From Gammaproteobacteria bacterium (GTDB lineage Bacteria > Pseudomonadota > Gammaproteobacteria > Pseudomonadales > JAUIET01): 64,000 bases of DNA. The notes beneath the pieces are model-generated. The model worked only from the letters and a program-made list of their open reading frames with translations, was not told the origin of the DNA and did not search any database. The position numbers were made by a program, and so were the translations under genes. Location: the NCBI GenBank assembly GCA_030429735.1, contig JAUIET010000007.1, positions 179,002-243,001 on the forward strand, written 5' to 3'. Positions 39,941 to 48,684 of this stretch are shown one piece after another. The stretch's first letter is position 1, and the number at the start of each line of letters is the position of its first letter.

Positions 39941-39999
39941 TGTCCACACCCATCGCCTGTCCACACCCATCGCCCACACCCATCGCCCACACCCATCGG
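39941..39999 (-). repeat. tandem repeat (TGTC)CACACCCATCGCC x4 containing the inverted GTGGACAGGC core
   Basis: TGTCCACACCCATCGCC at 39941-39957 and 39958-39974. CACACCCATCGCC at 39975-39987. CACACCCATCGG at 39988-39999. Confidence 0.85.
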
Positions 40000-40084
40000 A
40001 ATTAGCAGATTATTTACAAACGCCAATACCTATTTCGCTGATGGTTGCTTAGACTGGGCGTCTTCGTAATGTTGCAGAGCGTGT

Positions 40085-42289
40085 GTGGTGGCTATCAAGA
40101 TCGTCAAATGGTGCGTTTACGTGCTTGTAATTTTATTCCTATTGATAGCGGCCTCGCTGGCGTTTGTGTTGATGGCCCCAAGTCGTGCCGTCGCACTGGT
40201 GGAGTTTGCAACAGGCTATAAAGTGACAGCGCTTGACATTAACACCAGCACATCGGCTCTGAGTGCCGATGGCTTATGGGTGCGCGCACCGGATGGTCGT
40301 GATTTGCTGCGAGCCGATGAGTTTCACTCAGGTATTGACGCCCTGGGTGCCTGGCGTGGCACGGCACCTTTCTGGGATATCCGAATTCGTAATGCCGACG
40401 TGTACCTGACAGCTTCCTCCGAGCAGCCAGGCCCGGCGACACAGCCCGCTGCGGCCCTGGACTTTGCACGTATTTTGGGCGCGCGATCGGTTGACATTGA
40501 CTCATTGACTGTCCACGCCGGTGAAAGTCAGACACAATATTCATTGGCGCTTCAGCGCGTTGATGATAATACGCTGACGATGCAGGCAACAGTGGGTGAT
40601 GAGCTAGCTGTGAATGGCACGCTTAAATATCAGTTAGATGCGCGCACGCAGCTTACATTCCAGCTACCCGAGCTGGACCTGCGAGCACTTTTGACCGCGA
40701 GCTCGTCACCATCGTCTGGCGAAGATGCGGTAGGCGCGAGTGAAGCGGTCATGGACTGGTCCTGGTTAGGTATGCTTCGAAACACTGACCTAAGTGTGGG
40801 ATTGGCCAAGCTCTTACTGCCAGCACAGACCCTCAATGACGCAAACGCGACGCTCACGTTTGCAGAAAACGGTGTGGGTCTGGAGCTAAAGCTGGGGTCG
40901 TTAAGGTCTACATCCGACGCAGACATAAGCATTCAAGACCTGGTTATGCAGGCCGACCTGACCACCCTGGCGCGTAACACCCAGCAGCAAGATCTAAAAG
41001 GTAGAGTCACGCTGAAGAGCGAGGGGGTGGAATTCAGTGCTGAGGGCGAATTCAATGTAAACGGCGCGAATGGTAACGCACTGGCATTGGCGCTCAGTCT
41101 CGCGCCTCAGTCAAGTCTTGCCGTCGTGCTGCCTTCGGCTGTGGCGCCTTATTTACCTGCTCGTTTGCAAACCGATCTGCTCATTGACGCGGGGAATTAT
41201 CAAATTGGCGACCTGCAAGCAACATTTGCTGAGTCTGATCTGGCGGGGTCGCTTTCCTTCGCTTTGCTAAACGATGCACCGGTTTTACAGGCCAGACTGC
41301 GAAGTAAAACGCTGGTGCTGCTGAATGCAAACGAAGACGATTCTGCAGAACCGCAAGGCGCTGAAGACGAGGATGCATCAACCGGTAACAAAGACAAGAT
41401 CTTCAACGAAGAGCCATTAGACTGGTCGTGGCTGGAATATGGCAGCGTAGATGTAGAGCTTGAGGCTGAGGTCCTACGGTTGTATGAAGCTCGCTTTAGC
41501 GATTTCACACTGATGCTCAAGGGCGAGCAAGGTAACTTGACCGTCAAGCCCTTGAGTGCGACGTTTGGCGGTGGTGGATTTTCCGGGTCGGCCAGTATCG
41601 AGAAAATTGAATCCGGTGCAGCCAGTAAAGTAACGTTTGAAATGAGCGGCGTCGACCTGGAGGCTTTTGGCGTGGTACCGCAGCAGCAGCAGCTGGCGGG
41701 CGGTAAGACCTCGCTTGAGCTGGATTTGAATACCAAGGGCAATACATCGGCAGAAATGGCTAGTGCCTTGCACGGTACCATGCATCTATTAGTGCACGAC
41801 GCGGTTGTTCAGAACGACAGTTTTGAATTAATTGGCTCCGATATTTTGTTGGAAACATTGAATAAGCTGAACCCTTTTGCAAAAACGGACCCCACCACCA
41901 AACTACACTGCGCACTTGTCCATTTCGACATAAGCGATGGCCAGATGAAGACAGATAAAGCGCTGGTGGTCGAAACCGAAAAGATGGAAATCATAGGTGA
42001 TGGCAGCATTAATCTGGCCGATGAAACGCTGGATATACTGGTTACACCGAATGCTAAACAAACGGTGGGGCTGAACGTGGGCAGCGTGGTCAAGTTTATG
42101 AAGCTTGGTGGTACGCTCGCCAATCCAAGCCCGGCGGTTGACGCTGGTGGCCTGCTCAAGAGTGGTGCAAGCATTGGTGCGGCTATGTCCACGGGGGGTG
42201 TGTCTTTGCTCGCTGAGAACCTGGTAAAGAAGGTGTCTGAACAAAACGCCTGTCGCAAATCACTCTTAGCGGCGGGAGCTGGCAAGTAA
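40085..42289 (+). CDS. AsmA-family protein
   Basis: 734 aa. Single N-terminal TM anchor 'VYVLVILFLLIAASLAFVLMA' and a long beta-rich body. The C-terminal region ('KTDKALVVETEKMEIIGDGSINLADETLD...') is typical of AsmA-like C-terminal domains. GTG start. Confidence 0.6.
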   Translation: MVAIKIVKWCVYVLVILFLLIAASLAFVLMAPSRAVALVEFATGYKVTALDINTSTSALSADGLWVRAPDGRDLLRADEFHSGIDALGAWRGTAPFWDIRIRNADVYLTASSEQPGPATQPAAALDFARILGARSVDIDSLTVHAGESQTQYSLALQRVDDNTLTMQATVGDELAVNGTLKYQLDARTQLTFQLPELDLRALLTASSSPSSGEDAVGASEAVMDWSWLGMLRNTDLSVGLAKLLLPAQTLNDANATLTFAENGVGLELKLGSLRSTSDADISIQDLVMQADLTTLARNTQQQDLKGRVTLKSEGVEFSAEGEFNVNGANGNALALALSLAPQSSLAVVLPSAVAPYLPARLQTDLLIDAGNYQIGDLQATFAESDLAGSLSFALLNDAPVLQARLRSKTLVLLNANEDDSAEPQGAEDEDASTGNKDKIFNEEPLDWSWLEYGSVDVELEAEVLRLYEARFSDFTLMLKGEQGNLTVKPLSATFGGGGFSGSASIEKIESGAASKVTFEMSGVDLEAFGVVPQQQQLAGGKTSLELDLNTKGNTSAEMASALHGTMHLLVHDAVVQNDSFELIGSDILLETLNKLNPFAKTDPTTKLHCALVHFDISDGQMKTDKALVVETEKMEIIGDGSINLADETLDILVTPNAKQTVGLNVGSVVKFMKLGGTLANPSPAVDAGGLLKSGASIGAAMSTGGVSLLAENLVKKVSEQNACRKSLLAAGAGK

Positions 42290-42324
42290 TGAACAATGCA
42301 TACGTCACTGAGGGTTAAAGCCCT

Positions 42325-44073
42325 GTGCTAAGCAATGCCCTGATATATCTCGCAGCGGCTGTGCTGGCGGTTCCGGTATTTCGCAAACTGGGGTTGGGAG
42401 CGGTGCTTGGCTATGTTGCTGCAGGTGTTGCTATTGGGCCATGGGGTGTTCGCTTAATCACCGACGTTGACGATATTCTGCATTTCTCTGAACTTGGCGT
42501 AGTGCTGTTATTGTTCATTATTGGTCTTGAGTTGAGACCTTCACGTCTCTGGGCGCTGCGCAAATCTATCTTTGGTTTTGGTGGGGCTCAAATGGGGCTC
42601 ACGAGCATTGCGTTGGCTGTGTTGTTGGTGCTCGCCGGATACGAGCTCACAATTGCGGCACTGCTTGCGTCAGTTCTGGCATTGTCGTCCACCGCATTTG
42701 CGCTGCAGTTGCTGGCTGAGCGGCACGAGTTAAATACGCGAATGGGGCGCACGGCTTTTGGCAACCTGTTGTTTCAGGATTTGGCCGTAATACCCATACT
42801 CGCTCTTATTCCATTGCTTTCCTCTAACGGCAGCGATGCACCGTTTTCCGCAAGTGAATGGCTGCCGCCAATTGCCATACTGCTTGTACTGCTGGCGTTT
42901 GGCCGCATGCTACTGAGTTTAGCCATGCGGCTGGTCGCCTACAGCAAGGTGCGCGAAGTGGTGACTGCCATGGCGCTGTTTATCGTGCTCGGTATGGCCA
43001 CTTTGCTCGAATACGCTGGCCTATCAATGGCGCTGGGCGCTTTCATTGCGGGTGTATTACTCGCCGATTCGGAGTTCAGGCATCAGCTGGAAGCGGATAT
43101 AGAACCGTTTAAAGGCTTGCTGCTGGGCTTGTTTTTTATCGCGGTGGGTATGTCGCTGAATATTGGGTTGATGGGCGACAAGCCGGCTGACATAGCGGTT
43201 GCCGTGCTGGCGTTGGTGCTCGTCAAGGCAAGCGTGTTGTTTTTGCTAGGAAAATGGCAAGGTCTAAGCACGGCGGACGCTCGTCAACTGGGGATTGTTC
43301 TATCTCAGGGTGGTGAGTTTGCATTCGTTATTTTTGGGATAGCAGTTGCAGAGCAAGTGTTACCTGCGGGTGTGGCTGAACATTTTATTGTCGTGGTGAC
43401 CTTGTCGATGATGACGACACCGCTGCTGTTATGGCTGGTTGGTCGTTTGCACCAAGGTGATGTTCAGGAACAGGAGTTTGATGACATGCCGGCCAGCACA
43501 CCTCCGGTTTTGATTGCCGGCTTTGGTCGCTTCGGGCAAATTATTGCCAGGGTTTTGCGCGCTAAAGGTATACATTTTACGGCGTTGGAAATTGACCAGA
43601 CGCAAGTAGACTTTGTCCGCGCATATGGCAATGAGATTTATTACGGTGATGCTTCGCGGCTGGAATTATTGCACGCGGCCGGTGCAGCGGAAGCAGAAAT
43701 TTTCGTGCTGGCGGTGGATGATCCGGAAGCGTCGCTCCGTATCGCGCAGGTAGTGAGGCACAGTTTTCCCAATCTTAAGGTGTATGCCCGGGCTCGCAAT
43801 CGCAAGCACGCCTACCAGCTGATGGACGAGCAGGTTCATCTAGTGCGCCGAGAAACGTTCTTATCCGCGGTGGATATGACCAGGGAAGTGCTGCTGGGTA
43901 CTGGAATGACCGACGCCGAGGCGCGCAGTTTAGTCGAACGGTTTCGACAGCACGATCTGGATCGTTTGCACGCGCACGCGCATTTGCATGACGATGAAGA
44001 AAAGATGCGTGATCTTGCGAAAACAGCCGCCCAGGAGCTGGAAGAAATGTTTGCCGGTGACATTAACTCTTAA
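42325..44073 (+). CDS. monovalent cation:proton antiporter-2 (CPA2) family K+ efflux protein, KefB/KefC-like with RCK/TrkA-N domain
   Basis: The N-terminal 'LIYLAAAVLAVPVFRKLGLGAVLGYVAAGVAIGPWG' is typical of KefB/C. About 12 TM segments are followed by 'VLIAGFGRFGQIIARVL' (Rossmann/RCK). GTG start. Confidence 0.8.
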   Translation: MLSNALIYLAAAVLAVPVFRKLGLGAVLGYVAAGVAIGPWGVRLITDVDDILHFSELGVVLLLFIIGLELRPSRLWALRKSIFGFGGAQMGLTSIALAVLLVLAGYELTIAALLASVLALSSTAFALQLLAERHELNTRMGRTAFGNLLFQDLAVIPILALIPLLSSNGSDAPFSASEWLPPIAILLVLLAFGRMLLSLAMRLVAYSKVREVVTAMALFIVLGMATLLEYAGLSMALGAFIAGVLLADSEFRHQLEADIEPFKGLLLGLFFIAVGMSLNIGLMGDKPADIAVAVLALVLVKASVLFLLGKWQGLSTADARQLGIVLSQGGEFAFVIFGIAVAEQVLPAGVAEHFIVVVTLSMMTTPLLLWLVGRLHQGDVQEQEFDDMPASTPPVLIAGFGRFGQIIARVLRAKGIHFTALEIDQTQVDFVRAYGNEIYYGDASRLELLHAAGAAEAEIFVLAVDDPEASLRIAQVVRHSFPNLKVYARARNRKHAYQLMDEQVHLVRRETFLSAVDMTREVLLGTGMTDAEARSLVERFRQHDLDRLHAHAHLHDDEEKMRDLAKTAAQELEEMFAGDINS

Positions 44074-44079
44074 GGAACA

Positions 44080-45180
44080 CTAGAAACAGGCCCTAACCGC
44101 ATCAATTTCGTCGCGGGTGTTATAAATGTGCGGCGACAGTCGTATGCCGGTACTGCGCGAATCAAAACGAACGTTTGCATCTCGCAGGCGCTGCAGGATT
44201 GCCTCATGCTGTTCACCGAAATGCAACACGACTGTGCCACCGCGCTGCTCGTCATTCAAGGGAGATCGTACCTGCTGCTCGTCCAGGCCTTCAATGAGCT
44301 GCCGGCAGAGCATCACATTGTGCCGCCGGACAGTATCAATACCGATGCCAAGCAACAGCTGAATGCTATTGGCGGCCAGCACATATGGCGTGACTGATGG
44401 TGTGCCGCCCCAGAATCTGAGCACACCGCTTGCGAAACGGAAACTGCGAATGTCGAATTCGAACGGGTTCTCGTGAGAAAACCAGCCAACATCAATAGGG
44501 CTGCAATCCGCGACTCGCTGAGGGTGTGCCCACAGGAAACCTGCGCCTGGCCCGCCACACAACCATTTAACGCAAGAGCCCAATACAAAATCAGCGTTCC
44601 ATGCGCTCACATCAATAGGTACTGCGCCCACTGATTGCGCGATGTCTACTATCGAATAGCTATTGTTAGCTTGGGCCAGACTGACAATGTCTGAGACCGG
44701 TGTCAGGTCGCTGGTATTTGAGTGCACGTGGGTGATCAGCACCGCACCCACGTCCGGGGTGATTGCGACACGCCAGGTTTCCATTGCCTTGGGGTCATGC
44801 TGAGCAGGAATAGTGCGGCATTGCCAGCCCAGCTCTGTGGCACGCTGCAGCACAAAGCCCATGGATGGAAATGCCTGTTCATGAATTAACACAACGGGCT
44901 TGTCGGCTCGTTTAGGCAAGGCATGAATGAGCTTGCCGAGCGCGCTGGACAAATTGCTCTGCGGGCATATGTGCTCGGCATCGGTATTGAGCAACTGTGC
45001 CACGCTACTGCGAAAATTCGCTACTTGCTGCAGCCAATGCGGCCATACCTCGGCGTCACCGTGCTCCCAGGGTTCAAGGAAACCGGCAGTGAGTGTGTCA
45101 CGCGACGAGCACGGTGGCCTGCCTACTGAATGATTCAGTAAATAGATGCCGTTATGTGGCACGAAGTCTATTGCGTGCAT
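44080..45180 (-). CDS. kynureninase-like PLP-dependent enzyme (aminotransferase class V fold)
   Basis: By recall it is collinear with kynureninase: 'IYLLNHSVG' (cf. YLDGNSLG), and 'VDIAQSVGAVPIDVSAWNADFVLGSCVKWLCGGPGAGFLW' (cf. WDLAHSAGAVPVDL...GCTYKYLNGGPG, including the PLP Lys). At 366 aa it is shorter than canonical KynU. Confidence 0.55.
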   Translation of the reverse strand: MHAIDFVPHNGIYLLNHSVGRPPCSSRDTLTAGFLEPWEHGDAEVWPHWLQQVANFRSSVAQLLNTDAEHICPQSNLSSALGKLIHALPKRADKPVVLIHEQAFPSMGFVLQRATELGWQCRTIPAQHDPKAMETWRVAITPDVGAVLITHVHSNTSDLTPVSDIVSLAQANNSYSIVDIAQSVGAVPIDVSAWNADFVLGSCVKWLCGGPGAGFLWAHPQRVADCSPIDVGWFSHENPFEFDIRSFRFASGVLRFWGGTPSVTPYVLAANSIQLLLGIGIDTVRRHNVMLCRQLIEGLDEQQVRSPLNDEQRGGTVVLHFGEQHEAILQRLRDANVRFDSRSTGIRLSPHIYNTRDEIDAVRACF

Positions 45181-45182
45181 GG

Positions 45183-46364
45183 TTAACCCAGCGCGGCGCG
45201 CAGTTGTTGCATGTCATGATACCGGGAGGGAATATCATCCCGGTCAATCGCGCAGCGCATATCACACAGTTTTCGTAGAGAGCGCAGCAAAACAGGCAGC
45301 GGCGGCCCGCTGGCGGTGACCCCAGACTGGTTTTCTAACTCATTATCAAACGCAGGGTCTTCAATAAATTTCTTCACCAATTGCTCATGGTGCTGCAGCG
45401 CGGTTTGGCCGTGGGTGTCGCAAACCTGCAGGAAAAGGCCGAGATTGCGCTGCAAATGAGGTGAGTCGCTGGCAGTATTGGGTTGAGACAGTTCAGCGAG
45501 AAAGCTGTCCATCAGGCTTTGTCGGCGCATGCAGTCGCGCAGCAGTAATTGATCTTGCGGCACCATAAATAGAAACTTGTCGACCAGCAGCTGCGAATAA
45601 TACGCGTCATCCGCGCGGCAGAGGCCAAGCAGAAGGTCAATTACATTGATACCTGCAAAGTCGCCGGCGTTCGCACCGCGGTATTCGTGCAGGCCAACCC
45701 GATGCGGTTTGTAATAGGTGCGCACAGAGTAAAAGAAGCGTCTAACGTTCAGCTTTTCAAACAATTCCGCATTGGATTTCAGCACATCGTGCAGTGCGGC
45801 GTCAGCCGCTATCAGCAGATCGGCGCTGACTGGATGAGAGACTCCCAGCGGAAGAATGCGTAGCAGTGCCTCGGAGGCGCGAATATACGCCAGTGCCGCA
45901 CGCGTATTGTATTCAATGAACAATGCCTCGTCGGGCAAGGAGGTAAACGTCTTATAGGCACCATTGATTGCCCGATTGTGCGTTTCCAGGTGCGCCGATG
46001 CGAAACGGGGAATCACACCCACCGACGCGCCCAATTGCATCGCCAACGCGGACGCTTCAACCAATGGTGAGCGTGTTTCCCGTGAAGGCTCGGTAATCAG
46101 GTGGCGTCTGCAGGCGGCCATGTACAGGCCAACATTGCCCAGCAGATCAAATCCCGCCTCAAAGCCCTCGTCGGTATTGCCTTCCTTGAGTAGCGGTACA
46201 ATAAGCTCACGGCCGTTGTTCAGCAGGGTTTGTTTGAGCTCGTCACCAATTCCGTCAATGTTGTCGGGGTTTTCCTGCTCGAAATAGAGGTTCTCAAGCG
46301 CTGTATTCAGGCTCACAAACTCGCCTCGAATCCATTGGTCAAAATTACGGGTGTTTTCGGTCAT
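45183..46364 (-). CDS. IDO/PrnB-like (DUF1864-type) putative heme-dependent indole dioxygenase family protein
   Basis: 'RRFFYSVRTYYKPHRVGLHEYRGANAGDFAGINVIDLLLGL' resembles, by recall, the IDO 'F..LR.Y..G...Y.G...GGSAGQSS....D.LLGI' segment and the equivalent PrnB segment. Its stop lies 2 nt upstream of the kynureninase-like start. Confidence 0.45.
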   Translation of the reverse strand: MTENTRNFDQWIRGEFVSLNTALENLYFEQENPDNIDGIGDELKQTLLNNGRELIVPLLKEGNTDEGFEAGFDLLGNVGLYMAACRRHLITEPSRETRSPLVEASALAMQLGASVGVIPRFASAHLETHNRAINGAYKTFTSLPDEALFIEYNTRAALAYIRASEALLRILPLGVSHPVSADLLIAADAALHDVLKSNAELFEKLNVRRFFYSVRTYYKPHRVGLHEYRGANAGDFAGINVIDLLLGLCRADDAYYSQLLVDKFLFMVPQDQLLLRDCMRRQSLMDSFLAELSQPNTASDSPHLQRNLGLFLQVCDTHGQTALQHHEQLVKKFIEDPAFDNELENQSGVTASGPPLPVLLRSLRKLCDMRCAIDRDDIPSRYHDMQQLRAALG

Positions 46365-46463
46365 GGCAATCTAATGTTTCATGGCTTGGCGACAAATACA
46401 AACGCTATTGTATTACCTGCGGTGTTCTGGTTTAATGTCGCGCTCGATTTTTAGGGGTGAATT

Positions 46464-46700
46464 ATGTCCAGAGTATGCCAGGTGACCGGCAAAAAGCCGC
46501 AAACAGGCAATAACGTATCGCATGCGAAAAACCGCACGCGTCGCCGTTTTCTGCCAAATCTTCACACCCATCGTTTCTGGGTTGAGTCAGAGAAGCGCTT
46601 CGTTAAGCTGCGTGTTTCTACTAAAGGCATGCGTATCATCGATAAGCACGGGATCGAGAAAGTGCTTGCCGATATTCGCACCCGCGGCGAAGCCGTTTAA
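46464..46700 (+). CDS. rpmB: 50S ribosomal protein L28
   Basis: '[33 protein letters not shown]' is canonical L28. Confidence 0.95.
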   Translation: MSRVCQVTGKKPQTGNNVSHAKNRTRRRFLPNLHTHRFWVESEKRFVKLRVSTKGMRIIDKHGIEKVLADIRTRGEAV

Positions 46701-46722
46701 CCTCCAATACGGTAAATAGACC

Positions 46723-46878
46723 ATGAGAGAAAAAATCAGACTGATTTCGTCCGCTGGCACTGGCCATTTTTACACCACGGACAAAAACAAGCGCACTATG
46801 CCCGAAAAGATGGAGATCAAGAAATACGATCCGGTTGTTCGAAAGCACGTGATCTATAAAGAAGGCAAAATCAAGTAG
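46723..46878 (+). CDS. rpmG: 50S ribosomal protein L33
   Basis: Absent from the ORF track because it is under 60 aa. Hand translation gives '[51 protein letters not shown]' (51 aa), 22 nt after rpmB. Confidence 0.9.
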   Translation: MREKIRLISSAGTGHFYTTDKNKRTMPEKMEIKKYDPVVRKHVIYKEGKIK

Positions 46879-46911
46879 CAGCTATACGCCAATAGGCGCA
46901 CATACTTGACT

Positions 46912-46935
46912 AAAACCCGGCTTTTGCCGGGTTTT
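46912..46935 (+). terminator. rho-independent terminator after rpmG
   Basis: AAAACCCGGC-TTTT-GCCGGGTTTT: a perfect GC-rich stem followed by a T-run. Confidence 0.75.
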
Positions 46936-46958
46936 GTGTAACTGGAGCATGCAAAACA

Positions 46959-47771
46959 GTGCCTGAACTGCCCGAAGTGGAAACCACCCGTCGAGGTTTG
47001 TCACCTCATGTGGTGGGCGCGCGCGTTGACACCGCGACCGTTCGTGATCGGCGCATGCGCTGGCCCGTCGAGCCTGGCCTGGAGCAGCGCCTGCGCGGTC
47101 AGACAGTCCGCCAGCTGGATCGGCGAGCCAAGTATCTGCTGTTTGATTTCGACAAAGGCCAGTTAATGATTCACCTGGGAATGTCCGGCAGTTTGCGGCT
47201 GGTGGAATCACACGCAGAGATCGGCAAGCACGACCATTTTGACCTGAGCCTGGATAACGGCCTGATCATGCGCTTTCGCGACCCGCGTCGCTTTGGCTCA
47301 ATTCACTGGCTGCCAATTCATGGCGAGCACAGCTTGCTGGCCAAGCTGGGGCCGGAACCGCTGTCAGATGAACTAAGCGCCGGGTACCTGTTTGAACGAT
47401 CCCGCGGCCGGTCAGTGGCGATTAAGAACTTTATTATGGACAATCATGTGGTGGTGGGTGTGGGGAATATCTATGCCACTGAGGCTTTGTTTCGGGCGGG
47501 GATTTCCCCGAAAAAAGCTGCTGGAAAAGTGGGCCTGGCGCGTTATCAGCGCCTGGAGCAAGCTATTCGCGCTGTGCTAAGCGAGGCGATACAGCAGGGC
47601 GGCACGACGCTCAGGGATTTTGTTGGTGGTACCGGTGATGCGGGCTATTTCAGCCTGTCGCTGCAGGCCTATGGTCGAGAAGGTGAACCGTGTGAGCGCT
47701 GCGGAACTGACATGAAGGGGCTGAGACTGGGGCAACGGGCTACGGTGTATTGCCCGAAATGTCAGCGCTGA
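46959..47771 (+). CDS. mutM: formamidopyrimidine-DNA glycosylase
   Basis: '(M)PELPEVETTRRGL' N-terminus and C-terminal zinc finger 'CERCGTDMKGLRLGQRATVYCPKCQ'. GTG start. Confidence 0.93.
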   Translation: MPELPEVETTRRGLSPHVVGARVDTATVRDRRMRWPVEPGLEQRLRGQTVRQLDRRAKYLLFDFDKGQLMIHLGMSGSLRLVESHAEIGKHDHFDLSLDNGLIMRFRDPRRFGSIHWLPIHGEHSLLAKLGPEPLSDELSAGYLFERSRGRSVAIKNFIMDNHVVVGVGNIYATEALFRAGISPKKAAGKVGLARYQRLEQAIRAVLSEAIQQGGTTLRDFVGGTGDAGYFSLSLQAYGREGEPCERCGTDMKGLRLGQRATVYCPKCQR

Positions 47772-47798
47772 GAGGGTGCGCGGCTTGAATCCTGGCAA

Positions 47799-48359
<561 letters not shown>

Positions 48360-48371
48360 CTATTGGTGCGA

Positions 48372-48684
48372 GGGCTGGAGCGAAGGACTGGAGTGGACAG
48401 GCACACACGGCGGCGGACTGGAGTGGGACTGGAGTGGACAGGCACACAAGCGACTAGGACTGGAGCGACTGGAGTAGTCGGACTGGAGTGGACAGGCACA
48501 CACAGGGACTGGAGTGGACAGGCACACACGGCAGTCAAAGACTGGAGTGGAAGACTGGAGTGGACAGGCACACACAGCAGTTAATTGGACAGGCACAGGA
48601 CTGGAGTGGACAGGCAGAGTAGTTAGGCAGAGTAGTTAATTCAGTTTGGAGCGACTGGAGTAGTTAATTGGACAGGCACACAAG
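48372..48684 (+). repeat. array of at least 8 direct GACTGGAGTGGACAGGCACACA repeats (GGACAGGC core) in the rsmD-coaD spacer
   Basis: Full copies start at 48386, 48427, 48481, 48507 and 48553. Truncated or variant copies are at 48585, 48599 and 48668. They are interspersed with partial GACTGGAG(TGG) and GAGTAGTTA sub-units, all in one orientation. Confidence 0.9.

Larger units (their letters stand above)
38420..39999 (+). mobile_element. REPtron-like unit: RAYT-like gene bracketed by inverted arrays of GGACAGGC-core repeats
   Basis: The core is on the + strand upstream (38420-38751). Its complement GCCTGTCC(AC) lies downstream (39941-39974). Confidence 0.5.

Noticed and set aside
39835-40026. 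63-aa minus-strand ORF 'MAFVNNLLIPMGVGDGCGRWVWTGDGCG...'
   Set aside because: It is a translation of the CACACCCATCGCC tandem repeat and has no coding support.
48372-48684. Possible CRISPR array, given the regularly recurring 22-nt unit
   Set aside because: The intervals between units are 4-30 nt, irregular, and themselves made of partial repeat units, not unique 30-40-nt spacers. The unit is short and there are no cas genes in the window. It is better described as a REP/minisatellite-like array.
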